Assembly (NCBI GenBank): GCA_043228905.1 | Contig: JBHGNT010000020.1 | Coordinates: 8,804,001 to 8,868,000 of the forward strand | Source of the DNA: Azolla caroliniana | Lineage: Eukaryota > Plantae > Polypodiophyta | Reading direction: 5' to 3' | Length of the DNA stretch: 64,000 nucleotides | Shown here: piece after piece, positions 1-10,541 of the stretch | How positions within the stretch are numbered: position 1 is the stretch's first letter | Layout: each line of letters starts with the position of its first letter | Notes under the pieces: model-generated | The model's database searches: none | Told to the model about the DNA's origin: nothing | What the model saw: the letters and a program-made list of their open reading frames with translations, nothing else | Made by a program: the position numbers and the translations under genes

Positions 1-1515
1 GTCCGTCGTCTGCTCTATGTCCGACCTTAGCTTATAGGTAGGTATGGTCCTTGTCCTCCGAGCGGGGTCTTCGACACCAACCTTCACGGGCCGAACCGTT
101 TCTTCAACTCGTATGCTTGGCTCCCCTTTTCGGCTTGATTCTCGTTCCTCCGTTTGTAAAGGTCGACTCGTCTCCACATCGTCCTTCTTTTTCGCGTTCC
201 TTGTTTCATGTCTTTTTGATGGCCCTTGCTCTTCTATTCTCTTTCTCTTTTCTTCAACGAACACCTCGTGGTTGTCGCACATCACCACTGCGAGTATGGT
301 GTTGTCGTCCATCAGATCCGACCACCCGGTTATGCATTGCACGTTTCGGTCCGCAAGCTCTACCTCGTTCGATGTGACTTTTCCCTTCTTCTCATATTCG
401 AGAATGGAAGTCCAAAACTTTGCTCCCGCTCTAGCAGCTTCAGTCTTGTCTTTCCCGACTCTTATTCCGGCCGACGCAGCATAGTGCATCGCATCCACAT
501 GAGTCGCATCGGCATCCTCCATAGATTTCTTCATTCCTCCTCTTCCGAAATTCACCCATAGGGGTCTTCTAGTCTCGCTTGAGCAGATCATGTTGTCCTC
601 TATGTATACGATATTTTGTCGAATCGCCTCTCGAAGGCTCGCACAATCCCTTCTCATGTGGTCCATGCTATCGCACCACACGCATCTAAAGGGTTCTTTT
701 CCTTTAGGGCCCCGACGATTCATGTTGGCTAGCGTGACCTTCTCGAACTTCTTCGCTAGCTCTTCAATGATGTCGTCATCAATCTTCTTTTCTTCCACGT
801 TACTTTGTCTCGGCGGCTCAGCTACTTTCGGCGGTCTTGCTTTCTCCGTGGTAGTCGGTCCCGTCAAGTCGGTGTCATCAACCCATTGGCGACGCTTGTC
901 GAGCCTATTGCATGCCCGCTTCACCTCGATCCAGTCTGCTACGAGCCCATTTGCTTGGGTATCATCTTCGAGAAGAGTCCCCAACTCCCGTCTATCCTTT
1001 ATGTCCACGGCCTTCAAGAAGTACAAAGTCTTGTCCTCTTCAAGCAATACTTGGTCCGTATTGGGGAGACGACTAAACATTTGGTCGAATTCGTCGTACA
1101 GCCTCGAGACGCTCATCTTCTTATTCATCTTCTCTATCCACTTCATCAGGGCATGTCAAGTCATCCTCGTTGAGTCTTCAGTCACAAACTCCGCTAGTAT
1201 CGTCTTCTCGAATTCGGACCATGTTGTCTTTCCTTCTTGAAGCTCGATGACGCGTCTTTGGATGTTGTTGGCGACAACTCTCTTGAAGCTTGCGATTTGA
1301 CGTGCCTCGGACACGTCCCTTTGATTCATCTCCCTCTTATATGCATCAAGGAACTTCGTAATGTTCCTTCCATCGAATTGGCCCTCGAGCTCTATGACAC
1401 GATCGACAGCCTTCTCCACGCTCGCGTCGTTGTCCCGAGATCTCATCATTTGCTCGACGATTAGCATCATCCTTTCGAGCTCTCCTGCTTGGTTGCTTGA
1501 GGACGCCATCTCCAA
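1..1515 (-). pseudogene. Gypsy-A gag with in-frame TGA at 1156-1158
   Basis: ORF MEMASSSNQAG...FDGRNITKFLDAY is the same as 53330-53689. The frame continues after the stop and includes a CxxC...H...C knuckle. Confidence 0.85.
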
Positions 1516-1550
1516 GTATTAATCTCAACTTGATCCTTCCTACCGCCTCT

Positions 1551-1568
1551 TTCACGTCGGGTTCACCA
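1551..1568 (-). promoter_or_regulatory. Primer binding site complementary to tRNA-Trp
   Basis: Plus strand TTCACGTCGGGTTCACCA matches, from memory, the 3' 18 nt of plant cytosolic tRNA-Trp including CCA. It lies 8 nt inside the 5' LTR. Confidence 0.85.
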
Positions 1569-1576
1569 CTTTATTA

Positions 1577-2567
1577 TGTCGTGAAGATCTGTCACTACGC
1601 GCGGATCGTGAGGCGGAACCGCCGGGGTTCTGGACCAGAAGGATTTAGAGTCGATACAAGCTTTGGCGAGAAAGCACTTAAGATAGATTGGGAAAGAGAG
1701 AAGATGAGATTACACAATTGATTTGATAACGAATTTCTTGTTCTTAATTTTCATAAAAAAAACCGTGTTTTTCTCCTCCCCCTTCCCTCTTTTATAGATG
1801 CTCTCATGCATATGATGCATGTGAGGGTACAAGACATGCATAAATTGCATGTTTGTCATTTGGCGCTTAAGTATTACATGTGGTGCATGCTAACCATGTC
1901 ACTCATTTTAGTTCTCATGGATGAGAATTTACATGGAAAAGTACAATGATAGAAATATAATTTCAACTAAATATCATGGCTTAATTGTAAGCCATTTGAC
2001 TCCTAACTTGGAGGTGCAAGGTTCGAATCTATACTTGCCCTCTTTGTATATGTAAATATGTATATATTTTTATATATTTTTATATATGCCGACGCCGACG
2101 CCGGATGCCGACGCCGACGTCGGATACCGGTGCCGCATGCTGCCGCCAGATTGCCGTCAGATGCCGTCGGATCATCGCCTCCATCGCCGGTCCAGTTTTG
2201 GTTGGCCAATACCCTTTTCGAGTAGCTAGCCACCTCCACTCTAAGTTCAAGTTACCTTGAACTCTCTATGCTCCACATATAGACACAAAGATAATATCTT
2301 TTGCTCCACCTTATATATGATGAGAGCCGTATTTGTCGTGCCTATGTGGGATATCACAATTTTCTCTTTTCTTTTCACAAACTTTATACCCTCATATCTT
2401 GACATTTAGTTGTCTATTTCTCGTGTAATAAAGTGCATTCGAAACCTCCATCATTTTGTACTTAGATATTAAAAATGTTATCTTCACAATTACTTTATTA
2501 CGTGATTCATACTCGATTTTGTACGTTTTATGGGATTTTCACACCATTGCCGAAAATCTTCACGACA
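1577..2567 (-). repeat. Gypsy-A 5' LTR
   Basis: TG...CA ends with a 12-bp terminal inverted repeat TGTCGTGAAGAT/ATCTTCACGACA. Followed by ACGT (target-site copy). Confidence 0.95.
1970..2040 (+). other. tRNA-derived (SINE-head-like) segment with Pol III A and B boxes inside the Gypsy-A LTR
   Basis: A box TGGCTTAATTG at 1977, D-arm GCTT/AAGC, CTCCTAA loop, B box GGTTCGAATC at 2020. Also at 11596-11666 (-) and ~54145-54215. Confidence 0.6.
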
Positions 2568-4534
2568 ACGTGTGCATTTTATGTGTTTAAGGTCAAGTTA
2601 GTCTAGGATTATTGTATTGTTTATACCTCTCCCCCATATGTACATGTCCCCATTTAACTGGTATTCCTTTGTATATGAAGAATGTGTAAAATTTTGCCTA
2701 GAACCTAGGCTAACATATGATGACCTCATACCTAACATATGGGAACTAGTGAAGAATGGTATTAATCCCTTCATGAAGCTAGGAAAGCTAATGATAATCT
2801 TAATTAAGATGTAATTAATAAAACACATGATCCTAGCCTCTTTCATAGAAAATGTGGCCGATCTAGCATAAGACTCCAATCTAACATTGGTAATGAACAC
2901 ATAAACATGAGCCTTTCTTGAATGATCAATGATGTGATAATCTAACAACCTAATCAAACGTTTTCATTCGATCAAAGATTCTCACCAAGGTGATGATAAA
3001 ATGAGGTAGTTTGCATATTTATATCTTGAGTCAAAGACCCCTTGATCACCACTTACATGCTTACGTGTGGCAAACCATGCTAGGTTGTCTGAGACTATAG
3101 GGTAGTTATCCTTCTTGATTTATATATTTATTTATGATAGACTATTCCCATTTGGACCTAAAGCTATGTCCGTAACAAATAATTATTGAATTCATGCCAT
3201 GAACTTTGAACCCAAGCTTGAACTTGCCCACAACTAAAAATTGTTTGGTTACCATGTCTTAGATATTAAACAATGAATGTCATGGTTTTCCAACAAAAGT
3301 TTAAGAAATAGCAAAATTAATTACATTAAGTCAATGTTCTCCTTATAATATTCCTGGTGCATGTGGGACACAATGACCTCATTATTGACCCCATGTTCTT
3401 ATATTGAAGGTTCCACTAAATAAGCTTTCTTCTTTGAGAATAAAAAATACTTTTTTCTTTGTGCAAGTACAATCCTAGACACGTCAATGTTAAAGGTTTT
3501 TAATTTCTATAAACATTTGAAGTGCTTTAAGAATTACATGAAAAGAAGGATATCATCATTTGGAGTAGGTAATGTACTATCAATATGTTAAAATGCGTGT
3601 GTTTGTATATTAAAAATCTTATAGAAACATTTATGTTAAAATGTGTGTGTATACTTTGGAAATATTCTATAAACATTTGATGTACTTGAACAATAGAAGA
3701 AACATATATTATCATCAACAATCATGCATGATGTACCATAGATATGCTCTAGGAAAACACTCGAAAAGTAGGGAATCAACTTTATTGGACCCATTAATCC
3801 ACTTTCCAATCACAAGTTACAAGTTACGACCATAGATTGACATTTACGTGATATTCGTGGTATATGCCATGCGTGATATTCGCGAATACAAAATGTCCCC
3901 AAGAATATTATAAAACCATTAGTTTTTCAAAATAAATTTACATAATAAAAAATATTTAATTCACTAAAAAATTAATTAATATACTAATAATTAATTAATT
4001 AATTATGCTCACTAATAATTAATTAATTCACTATTAGAATGGTATTCCTTATAAACCAGTATGCTATTCCGTGAAGTATCCTCAACAAATTAGGAGGAAT
4101 TAATTCACTAACAATTAAATAATTAGGGTTTCTACAAAACCTTGAGTTTGTAGGCTGAGAAGAGGAAATATGGTTGCAATTAGGGTTTTGACTAAAATTT
4201 CGGGTTTTCAATTGAAACCCTAATTTTCAGACCGAGAACAAGATACAAGGGAGGTGAGGATGTAGGAGTCATGTAGGATGGAGGGGGACGCGTGGATGAG
4301 GCATCACGCACACGATGCAGGGGGAGGCGAGGATGTAGTGTAAAAAAAATGCTTTTGTTTTAAAAAAAAAAACAAAAAAACGAATACTTTTAGAAGCATT
4401 CGTATGCGTATTTGTACTATGCATTTGTGGGTCCTTCCCCATGAATGCGAATATGTCAATCTATGATCACAAACAAATACCACTACATCAAATGGGTGAA
4501 CGCAAAAAATGTGCTTTATGTAAGGGCACCCTCT

Positions 4535-6333
4535 TTCGCCACAGGCAGCGGTTACAACAGAGGCAACGACCTCTTTCTCTCTCTCTCTCTCTCTCTGTAC
4601 AGTTACACACACTCTCTATTCTTGCACCAACAAGAATGACAACAACAACAACAACAACAGTAATAAGAGTTACTAAAAGTTTGCCCTAAGTCATATTTAT
4701 ACTAATATGACTTTTCGGCTATTTACAAATGTAGCCGCGATGGACTATCTAAAAACATATTTACTAATATGTCTCTTCATCCGGTTCTCTGTAACCGGGT
4801 AGTCCTCATCCGGTCTTCCCCGGGTCTGCATCATCCGGCTCTCCGTAGCCGATTACTCCTCATCCAGTTCATACCGGGTCTACACCATCCGGCCCTTTGT
4901 AGCCGGGTACTCCTCATCCGGTCTTCACCGGGTCTGCATCATCCGGCTCTCCGTAGCCGGGTACTCCTCATCCGGTCTCCCTTCCCATCCGGAGTTTGTT
5001 CATCGGCACTGTTCTTCTCCCTTCCCATCCGGAGGGACCTGTCTCCCAACAAACTCCCCCTTCACTCCGGCATGGGGTGTCTTACTAGTCTGATTCTCTT
5101 CCGACATGCATCCAGCTTGTTGGGTATCAGCACTTTGGTCAGCATATCTGACCCGTTCTCGGCCGTGTGGATCTTCATCAACGCGAACTCCTGGTCATCT
5201 ACTCTTTCCCGGATCCAGTGATATCTTCGCTGGATATGCTTCGTCCGAGAATGGTAGGCCGCATTCTTAGCAAGGTGGATGGCACTTTGATTGTCGCAAT
5301 AGAGTCGGTATTCCTCTTACCGGATACCGAGCTCTCGGATGAAGTCCTTCATCCATAATATTTCCTTGCCGGCTTCCACTGCCGCCATGTACTCCGCCTC
5401 TGTGGTTGACAATGCAACCATCTTCTGCAGCCTCGACTACCACAAAACGGCTCCCCCTGCATATGTCATTACATACTCGGAAGTAGACCGGCTGGTATCC
5501 ACATCAACCGACATGTCTGAATCGGTGAAACCGTCAAGTTGAGGTATTCCGGAGCCGAATCGGAGACACATATTTGAAGTGCCCTTCAAATATCGGAGTA
5601 TCCATTTGACCGCGTTCCAGTGCTCCTTGCCGGGATTGCTCATAAACCGGCTCACCACTCCGACTGCGTATCCTATGTCCGGTCCGGTACAAACCATTGC
5701 GTACATCAAGCTCCCGACGGCAGAGGCATATGGAATCTTCATCATATCCGCCTTCTCTGCTTTCGTCTTCGGGCTTTGCTTACCGGATAGCTTGCAGTTT
5801 GCCTGAAGTGTCGATCCGACCGGTTTTGCTTTTGACATGTTGAATCGGTGAAGCACCTTTGTCACGTACTTCTCCTGTGACAGCCATAATTGCTTCTTTG
5901 ACCGGTCCTGAATGATATGCATCCCAGCATCTGTCTTGCCGGACCCAAGTCTTTCATTGAGAAGGTCCGGTTGAGAGCCTTCTTCAGCATCCGTATTTTT
6001 ACTTGGTCACGTCCAACGATCAACATGTCATCCACGTACAGAAGGAGTAACAGGAAGTCGCCTCCTTCGAACTTCTTCACAAACACGCAGTGATCGGCCT
6101 GCGTCTTGTGGTACCCTTGAGCGGTCATGAAGGAGTCGAACTTCCGGTACCATTGACGGGGAGCCTGCTTCAGTCCGTACAGGCTCTTCTTCAACCGGCA
6201 TACCAGGTGCTCCTTCCCTTTCTCCACGAATCCTTCTGGTTGCTGCATGTAGATCTCCTCTTCAAGGTCGCCGTGAAGGAATGCCGTCTTCACGTCCAAC
6301 TGCTCTACCTCGAGGTCCATGCTTGCTGCTATA
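4535..6333 (-). mobile_element. Truncated Ty1/Copia (3' LTR remnant 4535-5051, PPT, RNase H/RT fragment)
   Basis: QLDVKTAFLHG, SLYGLKQAPRQW, LLYVDDML, IPYASAVGSLMYAM motifs. The LTR ends CCCAACA next to AACTCCCCCT (PPT reverse complement). Confidence 0.92.
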
Positions 6334-7018
6334 CAACAATCGGCAACAAGAATAATATTGACATGACCACAAGAAGTGTGACAAGAAAACCAGGCAACAA
6401 CTGACAACTGAGGAAGCAAGGGCTCAACAACAACCACCCACTAATCAAGAACGAATCCCTACTACGCAATAAGAATGAAGTAGAACACAAGAGGAAAATA
6501 CGACATCCTCACCACCCCATTCTAAAGAAAAGAGTTGGTTAGCTTCGCAACAAGCCGACAGAGAACAACAAAACTAGGAAACAAGCCGACCGACAAAAAA
6601 GAATTGTTTTGGAAAGAAGCAGTCGACCGGCCAAGAGCAACAAGGAGAAGGAACAACAACTAATGTCGAATCAATCGACTATGTTGAGAGGGGCACTATG
6701 GATAAAGGCAAAGCATTGGAAATATCCCCAAATGAAGTATTAGCTATACCCGACATACCACCACCAAGTCATGAAATAACGACCATATTATGATTTGGCA
6801 CATCTTACGAGCTTGTGGATTGGTTAACTAAACACTTGCAGTTCACTTCGTATCAATTGGCGCAGGAACACAAGGACCGGGAAATGATCCAATGCGCACT
6901 ATTAGGCGAAACGGAGCCTAAGGACGAGCAAGAGCTATAGAGAATCGGCTGACAACAGGATCTCAGGAATAAAGGGGCGGCTATTCCAATGCCTCCTATG
7001 CATATAGCTTTGGTCATA
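6334..7018 (+). pseudogene. Fragment of Gypsy accessory (post-integrase) ORF homolog, module copy 1
   Basis: Same sequence as 38530-39210, whose N-terminal extension aligns to ORF3 of Gypsy-B. Confidence 0.6.
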
Positions 7019-9025
7019 GCAGATAAAGGGACAGACTCTAACATGTATTGATGTGTAGGGTTTCCCTGTTCCGCACAAAATATGGTTTTGTAGTTAGGTG
7101 AAACATCTATCGTATAATGTGTGAAGCGTGAGCCTCCACATTTGTCCCTTGTCAAGACACATTGGCATTGCAAAAACGCCTCATTTATAGAGGAATCTAG
7201 TGATGCATCATGAAGCAAGTGTCTCACATCCCATCTACCAAACCATTTTTCTTTATCTTGCATCCAATCGGAACACAAAATTTTGCTTTTATGCGTCTTT
7301 TGGATCTTTTTGCTTGCTTCCCATGCAAATCTAGGAAGTCGATGTGAGGGACTTTTTTGAGCCTTAAGCATGTATTCAACAACCCTTTCCATGGCCATGA
7401 TCTCAATGGGAAGCGAGCCAGTCTCAAGGAGGAGGGTGTAGGGCGTTTGTTTCTTAACTTGTAGAAACTTTGTAAGAAAATGTCTATGGACCTTTTCAAA
7501 CTCTTTCCACGTAGATTTTGGGATGCTATGGCCCCATACTTCCACCCCATAGAGAAGGACCGATGTCACCAAAGTGTCGAAAAGATATTTCTTGAGGACC
7601 CAACACTTAATAGCTCCAAGATTGCATGTGTTGTCAAATGCATACATAGTATGCTCGCTTACCCGCCTCTAAGCGGTGTGTAGCACATTCATTTATCATT
7701 TGCAAGAACTTCAAGGCCAAGATATTTGAAGCTTTTCACATATTCAAGTGGCTCACTATTGTACATAATGCATGGTTTATCTTTTTTTATTTTTCACAAG
7801 CATAATCTTTGTTTTAGAGCTATTGACACATAGTTTACGATGCACGGAAAATTTTTCCAATGACTTCATAAGCTTTTGTGCATTTCCTAAAGTATTTGCA
7901 AAAAACACTACATCATCTGCATATAGCAAAAGCGTAATCACAACATCCCTAATGACAACTTCTTCAACACATTCTTCCTGTGCAAACTTGGTAACCATTT
8001 CTTCCAATTCATCAATGCATAGACCAAATAGTGTTGGTAAGAGTGGGCATCCTTGCTTAACACCAATAGTGCTATTAAAAAAATTTGAAAGTCTATATCT
8101 CATACACACACAACATATAACCTTCTGATAAATTCGAGAAATTACAAGCATATATTCACTTGGCACCTCAAGTTCTTCCATTCGCCTCCAAAGATGCTCA
8201 CGAGGTACCATATCAAAAGCTTTCTTGATGTCTACAAAGCAACAATATAAACCTTTACATCTAAGGTGACTTTCCTCTATTAATACTCAAAGGGTGAAAA
8301 GGTGATCAATGGTATTATGGTGTTTTCGAAAGCCAACTTGTCCATAAGCTCTCTTACCATGTTTTTTAGCAAATACACTTATCTTTGATTCATTATACAT
8401 CCAAATAGTTTTGCCATTAATGAGGCAACCATCATGGTACGATAGTTGTTTACATTGTTTACATCTCCACCTTTATGTAAAGGTTTGATCCAATTTGTAG
8501 TCCAATTATACGGCATACCATGTTGCAATGCATCATTAAACATATCACTTATCCATACATATGTTTCCTTTCACGTCCATTTGAGCATTTTAGCCTTTAT
8601 ACATTGAAGATCACTTGCCTTTCGAGAGGCCAATTTCTTAAGTCCTATGCATAAAAGAAAGGAGACATATGTGAAAGAGAACCATAACAAATCATCTTTC
8701 CGGCAAGAGATAATTCATATAAATTCATACAATGCATAGACAAGTCCTGAAGAGTTAAGTCACCATAACTCTCAACATGTTTCCCCTTTAGATTTCCCCA
8801 AAATTTGTCACATGCATGTGCTTTCTCTTGCGTTTGGATAAATTGTTGAGTAACTTCCCATATTCTTCTCTTTCTCTGAATAAGCCATTTATACTCATGC
8901 AAATGCTTTTGGTAATTTTCTTTATCCTTAACTATATCCTAAATCATAAGGCACTTTCGAGCTTCACGACATTTTTTATCAAACCATTTTTTCCTAAATT
9001 TCTTGGTGCATTTCCCCTTATCAAA
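7019..9025 (-). pseudogene. Non-LTR (LINE) reverse transcriptase fragment, module copy 1
   Basis: KWFDKKC, KAFDMVPREHLW, GVKQGCPLLPTLFGL, LLYADDVV, FKYLG motifs. Contains stops and frameshifts; no endonuclease seen. Confidence 0.9.
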
Positions 9026-9250
9026 ACTACAACGCATGTACCATAGGAAACGATTGCATATAATGGAAGCCCGAATTGGTTTGTTATAAATGTCAAGTCG
9101 ATTGCCCAAGAGTTGTTTAGGGTCAACCGCTCACACATTTCCAATATCCATTGTTTAGTCCATTGTTTAGGGTCCACCGCTCACACACATCAAATAGGTC
9201 ATCGTTGCAACAACTTATGACATTGGGGTGTGCTGGCAAATGGTACACAT
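9026..9250 (-). pseudogene. Short fragment of a second MULE-type transposase
   Basis: SWAIDLTF(I/K)TNQFGLPLYAIV resembles the D-x-T-F-x-T-N...LPL first-catalytic-Asp motif of MULE/FAR1-type transposases. Confidence 0.55.
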
Positions 9251-9563
9251 CTTCGTCTTCATCATCTTCTTCAGAGAAAGCACCTTCTTTCAACCTCACA
9301 ATGCATTATTTGGCTTTCATTGATTAATCCTGAGTTGCAACATGCTTTGAGAATGCTTATAAATGTAACAATATTAAGGAAGATACCATTAGATTGCATC
9401 TTTTCAAAGCATTCAACTGCTTCTTCAGATTTTCCATATGTAACTTCTCACCCATTCTTCTCAACATAGAGCTACAATTCTCAAGCTTAGATCTTCTTTG
9501 ACACATTTGATTCATCTCCTCTTCTTTCCTTTTTAAGGCCTCAATGCATCTAAGAAGAGAATT
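9250..9563 (-). repeat. Segment Y (inverted relative to 36626-36935)
   Basis: Reverse complement of the 36.6-36.9 kb segment. Also at 31270-31583 and 41470-41852. Confidence 0.9.
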
Positions 9564-9595
9564 TCTGACCGCATTGAAGACGAGAATATCCCAAT

Positions 9596-9951
9596 TTCAC
9601 AACTCTATCAAATATATTCCTTGCCTTTTCTAAGCTTTCACAAGTCGAATACAGGTTGACTAGTGCATTTCCAATTGTAACATTTGAGTCCAGACCATTT
9701 TTGAGAATTTGATCATAAATGAGTTGTCCTTCTAAAGCTTCGATCATTGTGCATGATTTTAGAACAGATGAGAATATAAAGCTACTAGGTTTTACGTGCT
9801 TCTTTTGCATTTTCTCAAATACCAATAATGCCAAGAGTCCATAGCCATTCTGGCCATATCCAACAATGAGAGAACCCCACAAGACAACATCTTTCTTGGG
9901 TGAGATGTCAAATAATTTCTGAGCCTCTTGAATAGCTCCATGATTCGAATA
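9596..9951 (-). pseudogene. PLS-class PPR fragment (truncated copy of 31616-32740)
   Basis: WGSLIVGYGQNG...FSSVLKSC...IGNALVNLYSTC. About 1.5 kb is deleted relative to copy 2 at ~9951. Confidence 0.85.
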
Positions 9952-10541
9952 TAGTTACTCAAATGTTTATTTTCATTTTCTTTTGTCAAACAACAATCAT
10001 GAAGAGTGAAACAACAAAGATTCTGCATTTATATCTAATTTTAGGCGAATTTCTTCCTTTTTCCCATACAATAACATTCTGCACAAAAGAACAATAGTTT
10101 CCACATAGTTACTACTATATTTCTCTCATATAAGAATGACGACTACTAGCATTAGACATACATAAGGATAAGTAGCAAAAGCACAAAGAACATTGTACAA
10201 TAGCTACTAATGTTAGATGAATTTATTCTCAGTTTCACTCATACAAAACAAAAGTATTTACTGCCAATCTCAAATGAATTTATTTCCAATTTTATTCTTA
10301 TAACAAATCATCGTAATGATTCTTACTACTAATTTCACATAAACCTCTTCCATTCCTTTCCCATACGAAACTAGTTACAATGAAATACTTACCTGTCCAT
10401 CTCTTACTTATACACAAGAACATCAAATATGTGTAATTCCAAATTTTACCAATCCAATACAAAAAGTGTAATTCCAAAAATATCCACAAAATCAAATATA
10501 TCTATCGACTCAACAAAATATCTAATAATGCACAATCATGA

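Larger units (their letters stand above)
1..2567 (-). mobile_element. Ty3/Gypsy family A, copy 1 (5' LTR, PBS, gag; continues off the left edge)
   Basis: Near-identical to 52175-54782. LTR 1577-2567 is followed on the minus strand by a PBS and gag. Confidence 0.92.
1..6932 (+). repeat. Segmental duplication of 52175-59771 (with an ~620-bp deletion at ~4534)
   Basis: Colinear and near-identical, with the same ORF translations and the same rearrangement junction (6333 = 59172). Confidence 0.95.

Noticed and set aside
1970-2040. Functional tRNA-Arg gene
   Set aside because: The acceptor and anticodon stems do not pair and the T-arm has an insertion. Kept only as a tRNA-derived segment.
4120-4226. 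Interstitial telomere
   Set aside because: These are only scattered single TAGGGTTT/AAACCCTA motifs, not a tandem array.
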